64,000 nt of DNA. It comes from an uncultured bacterium (GTDB lineage: Bacteria; Oederibacteriota; JAAXVQ01; JAUVAV01). Below the pieces are notes generated by a model. The model was not told where the DNA came from. It worked only from the letters and a program-made list of their open reading frames with translations, and ran no database searches. This document shows positions 1 through 9,426 of this stretch, piece by piece. Positions within the stretch are counted from its first letter, which is position 1, and each line of letters begins with the position of its first letter. Position numbers and translations under genes: made by a program. The stretch covers positions 1-64,000 of the forward strand of contig CAVQBK010000004.1 of assembly GCA_963710755.1 (NCBI GenBank). Direction: 5' to 3'.

Positions 1-684
1 CGACGAAGAGACTTATTTTAAAGAATTGGTTGCCTATATCCATCTAAATCCTTTTCGGGCAGGAATGGTGAAAGAAATTTCGGAATTGGATAGTTTTCCT
101 TGGAGCGGACATGGCGGGCTGGTGGGAAAAGCAAACTACCCCTGGATGGCTGTGGACGAAGTGATAGTGAGATTTGGATCGACACCAAAAACTGCCCGGC
201 AGGGCTATCGTGCGTTCTTGCGCGAACGCGCCGGCAAGGAGATAAATTTATCCGGTGGAGGTTTGATCGGAAGTGCGGGCGGGTTGCGTGCGCTTGTAGG
301 TAAAGAAGGAAAGGATAGCCAGGAATATGATTCACGACTATTGGGAGACGGCGAATTTGTAAGAAAATGTTTGGAAGGATGCGACGAGCCTATGAGAAAA
401 TTCCGGAAAAGGTTCCGGAAACAGACGCGATATTCGCGCGTGTTGTCGGAGCTTTGGGGATAAAACCGGAGACACTAAATAGAAAAGGCAGATCATCGCG
501 AAACATGGCGAAAGCCCGGAGTTTGGCCATTTATTTGGCTTGCGACTATCAGCACGAACGGCAAACAGCATTGGCCGATCGGTTAGGTATCAGTCAGCCG
601 GCCGCCAGCGGGTTATTCCGGCAAGGTGCACAGATAATCAAGGAAAACCCATCTTTGCTTCCTATTATCATTGATGGAGAATAA
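1..684 (+). pseudogene. REP-associated tyrosine transposase-like (RAYT/Y1_Tnp) gene with C-terminal DnaA-like HTH; 5' end outside window; frameshifted near 385-395
   Basis: Frame 2 encodes ELVAYIHLNPFRAGMV...FPWSGH, the YIHxNP...xPWSx motif of RAYT. It runs to ...DSRLLGDGEFV. The HTH-type tail (KARSLAIYLA...LADRLGISQPAAS) lies in frame 1 (367-684). The gene is followed by GGTGTCCCC at ~698-706. Confidence 0.8.
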
Positions 685-738
685 TTATTAAATTATAGGT
701 GTCCCCTTGTCTTACACGGCCCCAAAAGATTAAGGTTT

Positions 739-3129
739 TTATGGCTGGGACTGGCTATGCTGTTTCTGTTGGACTTCCTGGTAAAACCGATCCCACGGGG
801 CGCCGAGCACTTGAAATACAAATTGATAACACTGCATGGCTTCCAAATATTGTTTGTTTTTTTCAAAAAATAACCCTAAATTGGCCACTGCTTCCGGCCG
901 CTTGGCATTAAGGCTGATGGCTTGTTCCCAAAGGTTGCGTGCCTCTTCCCACTGGTTATGCATGGCTGCTCGTATGCCTTTGTCTACCAGCCGCGCATAG
1001 TCATCGGTCGAATCGGCTTGTAAAAATGATCTCTTGCTGGCATTGCTATTCTGGTATTTGTAGAATTCCCGGTTGATCAGGTGGTTATATTTACCAAGGT
1101 TCATGTTAATAATATATTTAAAACGTTGCAGCGAAAACAACGGGCCTTTGATGATGGCGCTTAATATTGAATAATACTTGCCCAGTTTACGATCCGTAAA
1201 TTTATCCTCGCCCGTGCGCAATGTGTCCAGATAACCTGCGGGAATGATACGACGAAAATGGCCGATGCGTGCTTTTCCTACGGAAGCAGGCAGGCGTGCC
1301 AGCAGCGGATCACATAATGCCAGATAATCCACAATATGCACCTTTGGTCCTGACAGAAATCCCAGCAACCCCATGGCACCATGGGTAATCAAAGAACTTT
1401 TTTGGCGTTCAAAAGATTTCACCACATCTAGAAGAAAATGCTGCCGGCCATTATTAAAACGGTGTTCAGGTTCTGCGGTAAGCAGGCCCGTAATGGCATA
1501 GGTCCCCCCACGTTCATCGACGATAAGATTAGGGGTGAATGACGTATTGACATAAGAAGCGTCCGATTTCCAGGGATTGTAAGGCAGCACCAGAGATAAA
1601 ATCATTAACCCCGCCAACAGGGCGGTTATTTGAGTTAATTTTAATGACCAACTATGCGCTAACACAACCACACTTATAAAGAACGGCACTGTTAAAAAAC
1701 GGCCGCTCATGTAATCCCCACCTATTTTCAAAAGGTAAACAGCATAAAATAAAATCCCCAGGGCTATTGCAATAAATTTTAATTGTTTTGAAAATACGGC
1801 GGTTATTATCGAAAAAATTATCGTTATAAGTACTATGGGATCCATATGCCAGGCATTAAGGAAAAATTGCAACCCTTGCTGGATCAAAACCAAAGCCGGA
1901 TAACCGGTATTCAGCTTGGCATAGGCTGTATTGGGAAAAAGAAACCCATAATAAAACAGAGAGAATATTTCCCATAAAATAAAGGGCGAAAAGCCCGCTG
2001 CCATTAAGCCCAATACTTTGGCGACTTTTATTTCCCTTGAGTACAGCCAAAACAGGAGCGCCAGTGACGGTAAATATAACAACAGGGTGTCCATGCGGTT
2101 GAGTGTAGCCAGCCCAGCCGCGAGAGACATCAAAAATAACTTTTTCGATGAGCGCCCGTTGGCCAAAAAAAGCCCTAAAAACCAAGCCACCAGAAAATAG
2201 GACAAAGGGTTCTCCAAACCCGATGTAGCATAGTCAACAAACGCCTTGGACGATGACAAAAGGATCAGCGCGCCCAGAAAGGTGAGGTTGGAGGCGCTGG
2301 TTTTGTTGAGAAAAAACAGGGCGCCAAAAGTGCCCAGCACCCCTACCATAATGGCAGTGTAAAAAAAATCTCCCCCTATCAATCTGGCCGCCATGATGAG
2401 CAGCATCCAAAGAGGATGGGTATAAGTCTGGACCCGCTCGCCGATATTCCAGCGCAAGCCATAGCCATGGATGAAATTGTCAATTGTCCTGAAGGTGATA
2501 AAAGCATCTTCCGCCACCCAGGCGCATTTGATTATGACAACGTATATTCCGATCAGGGCCAAAGAACTGACGACTATGTAGGGGGCGTAATTTGACTCAT
2601 CAAAAATCCCTTTTTTATAAAACAGAACATTTGCCAAGATTATTAAAAATAATGGGATGAAAGCATAGGGGTACAGTCTCAAAGGGAAAATGATCGCTAT
2701 CTGGATAATGGCAGCAGCAGCCGCCAGAACTGAAAAAATCATGGCCAGCCTGGTATTTTTTTTAATCAATAATAAATGTACAGCCGCCAATGCCATCAGC
2801 CAGTAAAGCGATACGCCGACAGGAAAATGAGCCCAGGAAAAAGAAGTGAACGTATTTCGCGGCAAGAGGAAAAGAAGCAATAAAAAGAGGAATTTTATAC
2901 CGGCCAATTTGAAATGCTCTACCTTGGCCACAACAGTTTTCTGATACTGCCGAATGTGCAGGAATAACGCTCCACCAAGGAGAAGGGCAAGAGTAGCGGA
3001 AAAGCTGTCCGCTTGCAGCATTATCTTTGCAATAGCGGTTATAAAAAAAGCCAGCGGATAAAGGGAGAGAAAGCCTTGTTGTGGCCGTGCTTTGTCAGTC
3101 ATCATTTTCTCCAAAAAAGAACCGTTCAA
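739..3129 (-). CDS. Polytopic membrane GT-C glycosyltransferase (AftB/arabinofuranosyltransferase-like) with C-terminal TPR; probable start ~3105
   Basis: Many TM helices. Motifs WVAEDAFITFRTIDNFIHGYGLRWNIGERVQTYTHPLW, SGLENPL, FPNTAYAK, GGDYMSGRF and RIGHFRR. TPR-like end (WEEARNLWEQAISLNAKRPEAVANLGLFF). Confidence 0.8.
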   Translation of the reverse strand: MNGSFLEKMMTDKARPQQGFLSLYPLAFFITAIAKIMLQADSFSATLALLLGGALFLHIRQYQKTVVAKVEHFKLAGIKFLFLLLLFLLPRNTFTSFSWAHFPVGVSLYWLMALAAVHLLLIKKNTRLAMIFSVLAAAAAIIQIAIIFPLRLYPYAFIPLFLIILANVLFYKKGIFDESNYAPYIVVSSLALIGIYVVIIKCAWVAEDAFITFRTIDNFIHGYGLRWNIGERVQTYTHPLWMLLIMAARLIGGDFFYTAIMVGVLGTFGALFFLNKTSASNLTFLGALILLSSSKAFVDYATSGLENPLSYFLVAWFLGLFLANGRSSKKLFLMSLAAGLATLNRMDTLLLYLPSLALLFWLYSREIKVAKVLGLMAAGFSPFILWEIFSLFYYGFLFPNTAYAKLNTGYPALVLIQQGLQFFLNAWHMDPIVLITIIFSIITAVFSKQLKFIAIALGILFYAVYLLKIGGDYMSGRFLTVPFFISVVVLAHSWSLKLTQITALLAGLMILSLVLPYNPWKSDASYVNTSFTPNLIVDERGGTYAITGLLTAEPEHRFNNGRQHFLLDVVKSFERQKSSLITHGAMGLLGFLSGPKVHIVDYLALCDPLLARLPASVGKARIGHFRRIIPAGYLDTLRTGEDKFTDRKLGKYYSILSAIIKGPLFSLQRFKYIINMNLGKYNHLINREFYKYQNSNASKRSFLQADSTDDYARLVDKGIRAAMHNQWEEARNLWEQAISLNAKRPEAVANLGLFFEKNKQYLEAMQCYQFVFQVLGAPWDRFYQEVQQKQHSQSQP

Positions 3130-3197
3130 AATCGAAATCCATTTGTCAAAACAATTATCACAGGTATAAATTTAAAGCACTTTAACATTAAATAATG

Positions 3198-3206
3198 TGC
3201 TATGCT
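3198..3206 (+). promoter_or_regulatory. Putative extended -10 (TGcTATGCT) upstream of the 937-aa gene
   Basis: TG-n-TATGCT ~55 nt upstream of the ATG at 3260, in an AT-rich divergent intergenic region. The same TGnTATACT style recurs at other promoters in the window. Confidence 0.4.
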
Positions 3207-3259
3207 ACTTCATTCTTACCAAGTTGATACCAATTTGATTATTTTTACGGGGAGCAGGG

Positions 3260-6073
3260 ATGAGCATAAAGCAGGTATTATGGCTGATGTTTTTTGCCGG
3301 CATTTCTATTAATGCGGCCTTTTGCAATTGGGATCTGGACGGCGGCGCGGTTAGCGCCAATGCCTCGCAAGCTTCCTCTAATCCGAGTATTGATGTTTAT
3401 AATGATACCCCTTATCTGGCCTGGCAGGAGGAGGACAACAGCACCGGCAAGCTGCAAATCTGTGTAAGCTATTATGACGGTGTGCAATGGCTGCCGCTGA
3501 GTACCAGTTTGAACATTGATCCCAATTATGATGCCCAATCACCTGTTATTCGATTGGCCAATGGCGTGCCTTATGTTGTCTGGTCGGAAAACAACAGCAC
3601 AGGCAGGTATCAGATTTATGTCAAAAAATACAATGGTGTCAATTGGGAAAGCGTTGGCGGGTCGTTGAATGTCAATCCGGCCAAAGCGGCCATTACACCT
3701 GATATAGCCTTTGATGGCACCACGCCTTATGTCATTTTTTCCGAACAAACTTTTAATCATCAAATCATGGTCAAGCATTTTAACGGCTCTACCTGGGTCC
3801 AGGACGGCGGTTACCTAAATAATAACGCCGACAATAATGCCGATTGGCCAACAATTGAGACACACTCGGGAACACCCTACGCTGCCTGGAGTGAATGGAT
3901 AGGAACTAGGACTCAAGCCTTTGTAAAATCTTTTGATGGAAATGCTTGGATAAATGTGGGCTCGGGAAATGTCATGATGGATCTTGATCATAACTCTGGG
4001 GGGATAGAATTGACGTTCATTGGAAACGAGTTGTTTGCCACTTGGGATGAGAGCAACACCATAGATAATCGGGGACAAATCTATGTGAAAAAATATAATG
4101 GCATTTCCTGGGTTCAGGTAGGAACAGGACCGCTGAACTATCAGACATCTAATATTGCAGTTGCTTCTGATATTATAGGCGCAGGCACCACGCCCTATGT
4201 TGCCTGGCATGAATATATGGGTAATGGACAATATGTTTTTATCAAATATTTTAACGGCTCTGACTGGATGCCTGAAAATGAAGTGATGAATATCGGCAAC
4301 AGCACAACAGCCCAAATGGCCAGTATCAGCGCCACGAGCAGCGGCATCCCCATAGTAGCCTGGCAGGAAAACGCCGGTTCAACTTTTAAAGTTTATGTTA
4401 AACATCCTCATGATATGGAACCCATTATAGGGGCCGTATCGCCTGATCATGCCTTGGCGGGCCGGAGTGTAACCCTAAATATTTATGGGGCACAATTCAA
4501 CACGCCTCATGATGTCAAACTCCGCGATCAGAATACGCTTCAGGAATTTCCCGGTTCCAATGTGCACTATCATACATCGCAACATATTTCGGCAGATTTT
4601 TCAATGACAGGGGCTCTAGCCGGTCAATATGTTTTAATCATCAAGGCGAATATTACGCAGGAAAAGCTGAAACAAGCTTTGCATTATTATAATCCCATCC
4701 TTCCTCCCCTGAACTGGGACCAGCAAATCGTGGCTACTATGGAAAACCCCAACCTGGCGGGCAGTTTTGGCGGCATTGCCATAGCCGATGGGGACGATGA
4801 CGGTTTACAGGAGATTTATGCGGTCAACCGCAGCAATAACCTGTTTAAATATTCAAAATCCGGCGGTTCTTGGGCCGGCCATAGCGTCTATTCGGGAGGC
4901 GCTTTTGAATATTACAGCACAATAGTGATAGGCGACGCTGACAATGATAAATCAAAAGAATTATATGCGGGGTGCCTGGATAATCATATTTATCAATTTG
5001 ATACCCACACCTGGAACAAAACGGATCTTGGAACCCTTGGCAGCAAGGTCTATAATCTGGCTTGTGGAGATGGTGACAATGACGGCTTGATGGAGCTCTA
5101 TGCAGCCTGTGCCGATGGCTTTATCTATCAAATAAAAAACAGTAATGGCCATTGGACGATCACCGCCATCGGATTAAGCGAAGAGCAAAAACCTTTTTAT
5201 CATGTCGCTGTCGGCGATGGTGACAGCGATGGCCTCTTTGAAGTTTATGGTGCCTCTTTTACGGATTCTGGTGGTGAAATTTACCAATTTAAATACGATG
5301 CCGGTTCCTGGCCCAGGTCGACTGTGGGTACCTGCAGTGGTGGCATCTACGCCATGACCATTGGCGATATTGACCACAATAATGCTTTGGAACTCTATAC
5401 GGCCGATGCCAGTGGAAAGGTATACCAATTTCAATGGCTGGTCACCAATTGGCAATCATCGGATATTTTTAATGCCGGCAGTGCAATCTATAGCCTTGTT
5501 TATGGCGACGGTGATAGCGACGGGAATGACGAATTGTATGCGGCAACCGCTGACGGCGTCATTTATAAAATTGATAAACCCGGGGGAGCATGGCATAGCG
5601 ATACCGTGATGAGCGGAAGCACGCCTCTGTACCGGTTGGCTTTAGGCGATGCCGACAACAATAATCTCTTGGAAATTTATAGTTTCGGGGAAGATAATAA
5701 ACTCCACCAAATTCAAGCCCAACATGCCCTTCCAGCGACTCCCACACCCACCATTACCATGACTCCCATCTCCGGTTTTAAAGGCGAACTACTTGACAAG
5801 CATTACGTGTATCCTGCCCCTCACCCCATACGCGGCTCGGTAGGTCATATTTATTATTACCTGGCCGAACCCGCGGATGTGGAGATTAAGATCTACACCA
5901 ACACCACTCACCGGCTGGTGATTTCCAAAATGTGGAATAACGTGCCGGCCGGGAAAAACCGTTGGGACTGGAATTGTTCCAATATGGCCAATGGCATGTA
6001 TTTGCTGCTGATCAAGGCCAACAATCAACACAAGCGCAGCAAAGTAATCCGTAACATAGCATTGATCAAATAG
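3260..6073 (+). CDS. Secreted beta-propeller repeat protein (PYVAWxE...IYVKxxNGxxW repeats plus FG-GAP-like GDGDNDG repeats) with PT linker and FlgD-Ig/T9SS-like C-terminal domain
   Basis: N-terminal signal peptide. About seven PY.AW.E...YVK..G..W repeats and about seven GD(G/A)DxDGxxE(L/I)Y repeats. PATPTPTITMTP linker, then YVYPAPHP...VEIKIY...W......ANGMYLLLI...IALIK. Confidence 0.8.
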   Translation: MSIKQVLWLMFFAGISINAAFCNWDLDGGAVSANASQASSNPSIDVYNDTPYLAWQEEDNSTGKLQICVSYYDGVQWLPLSTSLNIDPNYDAQSPVIRLANGVPYVVWSENNSTGRYQIYVKKYNGVNWESVGGSLNVNPAKAAITPDIAFDGTTPYVIFSEQTFNHQIMVKHFNGSTWVQDGGYLNNNADNNADWPTIETHSGTPYAAWSEWIGTRTQAFVKSFDGNAWINVGSGNVMMDLDHNSGGIELTFIGNELFATWDESNTIDNRGQIYVKKYNGISWVQVGTGPLNYQTSNIAVASDIIGAGTTPYVAWHEYMGNGQYVFIKYFNGSDWMPENEVMNIGNSTTAQMASISATSSGIPIVAWQENAGSTFKVYVKHPHDMEPIIGAVSPDHALAGRSVTLNIYGAQFNTPHDVKLRDQNTLQEFPGSNVHYHTSQHISADFSMTGALAGQYVLIIKANITQEKLKQALHYYNPILPPLNWDQQIVATMENPNLAGSFGGIAIADGDDDGLQEIYAVNRSNNLFKYSKSGGSWAGHSVYSGGAFEYYSTIVIGDADNDKSKELYAGCLDNHIYQFDTHTWNKTDLGTLGSKVYNLACGDGDNDGLMELYAACADGFIYQIKNSNGHWTITAIGLSEEQKPFYHVAVGDGDSDGLFEVYGASFTDSGGEIYQFKYDAGSWPRSTVGTCSGGIYAMTIGDIDHNNALELYTADASGKVYQFQWLVTNWQSSDIFNAGSAIYSLVYGDGDSDGNDELYAATADGVIYKIDKPGGAWHSDTVMSGSTPLYRLALGDADNNNLLEIYSFGEDNKLHQIQAQHALPATPTPTITMTPISGFKGELLDKHYVYPAPHPIRGSVGHIYYYLAEPADVEIKIYTNTTHRLVISKMWNNVPAGKNRWDWNCSNMANGMYLLLIKANNQHKRSKVIRNIALIK

Positions 6074-6264
6074 TGACAAAAATCACTGAAAAGAGTGAAA
6101 ATCGGTGGCTGGGCACCAAAATCACAGGGAGCATGGGAGGACAGGGAGGATTGCGATCCTGCCGGTCAGCATTAAATCTAAGTATTGTGGAATACAAAAT
6201 AGTACTTTGCAGCATCTGTTATTTTAGGTATCATCATAATTAATTATCCTGTGAGCGTATAACT

Positions 6265-6591
6265 ATGGTAACCAGAGATCAAATCTTATCAATCGTCAAC
6301 CATATTGTTGAGATTGCACATCCGGAAAAAGTCATCCTTTTTGGGTCTTATGCCTATGGCCAGCCTAACGATTTAAGCGACCTTGATTTATTAGTGGTTG
6401 TAAAAGAGAGTCATGAACCACAATATAAAAGAGCACGTGAAATTAGACGCCGGCTGGTAGGCCGGATGCAGGTGCCCAAGGATATCCTGGTTTATACATC
6501 AAATGAAATTCAAGAATGGCAGGCAGTACCGCAAGCTTTTATAACGACGGCGGTAACAAAAGGCAAGGTACTTTATGAAAAACAAGCATGA
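6265..6591 (+). CDS. Minimal nucleotidyltransferase (MNT) antitoxin-like protein
   Basis: LFGSYAYGQPNDLSDLDLLVV matches GS-X10-DxD. 108 aa. Overlaps the HEPN gene. Confidence 0.9.
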   Translation: MVTRDQILSIVNHIVEIAHPEKVILFGSYAYGQPNDLSDLDLLVVVKESHEPQYKRAREIRRRLVGRMQVPKDILVYTSNEIQEWQAVPQAFITTAVTKGKVLYEKQA

Positions 6592-6967
6592 CCTTATTAT
6601 GCTTTGGTTGAAAAAGGCGGAAAAAGATCTTGTTTCAGCCCAGCATGAAATGTCCTTTCCGGACGCTGTTAGGGAAAGTATATGTTTTCATTCTCAGCAA
6701 GCTGTTGAAAAAGCTTTAAAAGCATATTTAGTCTATCTTGACATCAATTTTACGAAGACACATGAGATTGGAGAGCTCATTTCAAATTGCACGAAAAAAG
6801 ATAAAGAAATGGCATCCCTATTCAAGGAAGCAGATAATTTGACGGATTATGCTGTACAAATAAGATATCCCGATAGTCCTGCAGAGCCCAGTCAGGAAGA
6901 CGCAACGCAAGCATTAAAAATCGCATACGGTATACTTCAATATATAAAAGAGAAAGTAAACACTTAG
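6575..6967 (+). CDS. HEPN domain protein (MNT-HEPN pair)
   Basis: WLKKAEKDL...CFHSQQAVEKALKA...KTHEIGEL...LTDYAVQIRYP are typical HEPN (PF05168-like) motifs. Confidence 0.9.
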   Translation: MKNKHDLIMLWLKKAEKDLVSAQHEMSFPDAVRESICFHSQQAVEKALKAYLVYLDINFTKTHEIGELISNCTKKDKEMASLFKEADNLTDYAVQIRYPDSPAEPSQEDATQALKIAYGILQYIKEKVNT

Positions 6968-7081
6968 TGATCTCTAAAATCTAATCCGGCCAAGCCGGAA
7001 ACATAATAGCCTAACCGCAATACTTATGTAACAGACAGCTACTGATCGAAGGCCATAGTCCAGCGAAGTCGGAAGGATAAG

Positions 7082-7169
7082 AGGTGGATTTTCGGAAGAC
7101 TGCACAACATCATGCAATTATCGATCCTGTGCTTGGATAGGCCACATTGGCCAATCCAAAAATCCACCT
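7082..7169. mobile_element. 88-bp MITE-like element with 15-bp terminal inverted repeats, at the truncation point of the DUF559 gene
   Basis: AGGTGGATTTTCGGA (7082-7096) vs TCCAAAAATCCACCT (7155-7169): 14/15 reverse-complement match. DUF559 similarity stops at this right end. Confidence 0.5.
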
Positions 7170-7397
7170 TACCCCCGCGTCGGTATAATGCTGAGCGCCA
7201 TCCAGTTCAATTACCAGGCTTGCTTTGGGACAGAAAAAATCCACGATGTAGTTGCCGATGATTTTTTGCCGATAGAATTGCAAACCGCCAATTTGTTTTC
7301 CGCGAAGCCGTTTCCATAGATGTTTTTCAGCTTCGGTCATGTTATTCCTGAGAACCTGCGAGTTTCGTTTGGGGCCGCGATGGTAGGTTAAAATCAT
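7110..7397 (-). pseudogene. DUF559 (Vsr-like) endonuclease, 3'-truncated
   Basis: LRNNMTEAEKHLWKRLRGKQIGGLQFYRQKIIGNYIVDFFCPKASLVIELDGAQHY, then non-homologous sequence. The RD..L...G..VLRF tail is missing. Confidence 0.85.
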
Positions 7398-7403
7398 TTA
7401 TCA

Positions 7404-7438
7404 AATCCCCCTTGATCCCCCTTTGCAAAAGGGGGGAA
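7404..7438. repeat. DUF559-associated palindromic end repeat (ATCCCCCT...CCCCCTTT-AAAAGGGGGG)
   Basis: Hairpin TCCCCCTTT-GC-AAAAGGGGGGA immediately upstream of the minus-strand DUF559 start. Confidence 0.7.
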
Positions 7439-7523
7439 CTTCGTTATTATACCATATCATCAAACAAAGGCTCAAAAAAGTTGGTCGCGAGGGCCACTTA
7501 CAAAACGGGGTAATCTTTACCCA

Positions 7524-7620
7524 GTAGGGGCTCGGCCTCCCTCTCGCTTCCCGATTTTACTTCAACTCCATTCTAACCTATCCTCCTGATTGGAGGTCAG
7601 ACATTATTTATACCCCTACA
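7524..7620. repeat. Degenerate inverted GTAG-type REP doublet (REPIN-like)
   Basis: Begins GTAGGGGCTCGG (7524) and ends ...TACCCCTACA (7620). The GTAGGGG/CCCCTAC ends face each other ~95 bp apart. Confidence 0.4.
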
Positions 7621-7701
7621 TTGCTTCAGCCCAACGGCCTAAAAAATATTGGAACCCTGGCACAGTTAAACCACTCCTTATTTATAAAAAAGAGGAAGAG
7701 A

Positions 7702-7731
7702 TTGAATTGAGTGGTAAAAATAGGCTATACT
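7702..7731 (+). promoter_or_regulatory. Putative sigma70 promoter for the 371-aa gene
   Basis: TTGAAT-18 nt-TATACT, with a GAGG RBS before the ATG at 7765. Confidence 0.5.
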
Positions 7732-7764
7732 TTAATTACATTTCAATCGAGGTGTAATTAGCTT

Positions 7765-8880
7765 ATGCGAAAATTAGCGTGGTTATGGTATGGTTTGGTG
7801 GTGGTTTTTTTGTGCAATCCCCTTTGGGCTCAGGACTTGATTGTTAATGGGGCTTTTTCAAGTACGGTAACTGCTTGGCATGAAGTTAATGCTTTTGGAA
7901 CACCCATCGCCTCGCCGGTGAACTGGGAGCCTGGGTTTGAAGGTTGGACAACAGCCGCATCACCTTCCAATTATATGCCGATTACCACTACAGGAGCATT
8001 TTATGGCCCAGGAGCGATAGGTGAGGGGATTACCATTACTGCATATCATGATAGTTCACCTGGAGCTTTTATAGGCAATGATGATGGGCAAATGGGTGGC
8101 GTTAACGCCAGTATCAGCCAAGCTGTAGCCATACCTGATGCCTTTGGCGCTACTTTGACTTTTTGGTATCAATGGAAAGAACCTTATTCTGGATTTTATC
8201 ATTCCGAATATGCAAGAATAAGTTTTGGCTCTTATATCCTGGTAACTAAAAGCTCTGAGGATCATCCTACAGTCGACTGGCAAGAAGTGATCTTTTACAT
8301 GCCCGTGGATAATCAAACCGGCGTGGTAACCAATAAAGGGCAGACATTGAATCTAATCTTTAGTAGCACGGATGATAACATCGCAGACGACAATTTTCTT
8401 CTGGTCGACGATGTTTCCCTGATCGTCAATGATATCGCCACTGCAACACCTACGCCCACCGTGACCCCCACCTATACGCACACCCCCACCGTCACCAAAA
8501 CCCCCACCATCACCCCTTCTTCCACCATCTCGCCCACCAACACCCGTACCCCCACCATCACCAAAACCATTACCCTGACGCCATGGTTCATCCAACAGGA
8601 GGATGTGTTGGCTTATCCCAATCCGGTCAATGGCCATGAGGTTAATTTTATCTATACTTTGCCTAATCCGGTGGATAAAGTCACCATCGAAGTGTTCAAT
8701 TTGTCCGGGCAAAAAGTAGCCACCTTGAAGGACTTTAACAAAGCTGCCGGGGTGAACCAAAAAACCACGTGGACCATTTCCGCCGTGGCGCCCGGGGTTT
8801 ATTTGTATCGACTGATTTTGGAAGCCAACAACGGCTATAAAAACCAGACCAAGTTTAAAAGACTGGTGATTGTGAAGTAG
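7765..8880 (+). CDS. Secreted protein: beta-sandwich (CBM/MAM-like) domain, Thr/Pro linker, T9SS type A/FlgD-Ig-like CTD
   Basis: Signal peptide ending LWAQD. LIVNGAFS...ATLTFWY...LLVDDVSL. TATPTPTVTPTYTHTPT linker. VLAYPNPV...TIEVFNLSGQKVATL...W....VAPGVYLYRL...KRLVIVK. Confidence 0.85.
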   Translation: MRKLAWLWYGLVVVFLCNPLWAQDLIVNGAFSSTVTAWHEVNAFGTPIASPVNWEPGFEGWTTAASPSNYMPITTTGAFYGPGAIGEGITITAYHDSSPGAFIGNDDGQMGGVNASISQAVAIPDAFGATLTFWYQWKEPYSGFYHSEYARISFGSYILVTKSSEDHPTVDWQEVIFYMPVDNQTGVVTNKGQTLNLIFSSTDDNIADDNFLLVDDVSLIVNDIATATPTPTVTPTYTHTPTVTKTPTITPSSTISPTNTRTPTITKTITLTPWFIQQEDVLAYPNPVNGHEVNFIYTLPNPVDKVTIEVFNLSGQKVATLKDFNKAAGVNQKTTWTISAVAPGVYLYRLILEANNGYKNQTKFKRLVIVK

Positions 8881-8915
8881 GGGGCGAATGTTACCCTTGG
8901 TTGTTGAATATCCAA

Positions 8916-9328
8916 TCCCCTCTCCCCAAATTATATTTGGGGAGAGGCAGGGTGAGGGGTACATCAATGAATATCAAATCCAGAGAACTCCGCCAAAATA
9001 TGACCAAAGTTGAAAAAGTACTTTGGTTTCAATTGAGGGAAAGACATTTTATGGTTGGAAAATCAGGCGGCAGCATTGTATAGATAATTTTATTGTTGAT
9101 TTCTATTGTGCCGAAAATAAACTGGTTATTGAATTGGATGGCGGCCAACATTCCTGGCAGCAAGCACACGATAAGAAGAGAATAGCACTATTGGAGTCTT
9201 TGGGGTATCGTGTCATAAGATATTGGAATAATGAGGTTTTAAAGAATTTAGAAGCCGTACTGACCAGCATTAAAGATCATTTAGGGACCCCTCACCCAAC
9301 CTCTCCCCGTCACCACGGGGAGAGGGGA
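8916..9328 (+). mobile_element. DUF559 cassette bounded by inverted palindromic end repeats
   Basis: Left end TCCCCTCTCCCC-AAATTATATTT-GGGGAGAGGCAGGGTGAGGGGT (8916-8960). The right end (9287-9328) reverse-complements to TCCCCTCTCCCC-GTGGTGAC-GGGGAGAGGTTGGGTGAGGGGT. Confidence 0.75.
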
Positions 9329-9334
9329 TGTTAA
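8967..9334 (+). pseudogene. DUF559 endonuclease, single-base frameshift at a T-run near 9047-9050
   Basis: MNIKSRELRQNMTKVEKVLWFQLRERHF in one frame. It continues YGWKIRRQHCIDNFIVDFYCAENKLVIELDGGQH...LESLGYRVIRYWNNEV in another frame. Confidence 0.85.
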
Positions 9335-9426
9335 ATATATTTACGAGACGTTATGAAGCTTGCGTATGATGTCGGGAGAGGGCATTAAGAAATAACGAAT
9401 GCATTATGCTCGAAAAGGCAGAGGTT

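Noticed and set aside
6575-6967. HEPN as an active RNase toxin or anti-phage effector
   Set aside because: No clear R-X4-6-H catalytic motif is visible. It looks like a common MNT-HEPN pair, so no special claim is made.
8440-8583. ACCCCCACC-type tandem repeats as a possible CRISPR or VNTR
   Set aside because: They encode the Thr/Pro linker of the 371-aa protein. There is no constant repeat with unique spacers.
8353-8967. 204-aa Gly-rich minus-strand ORF
   Set aside because: It is the antisense translation of the Thr/Pro linker and CTD of the plus-strand gene.
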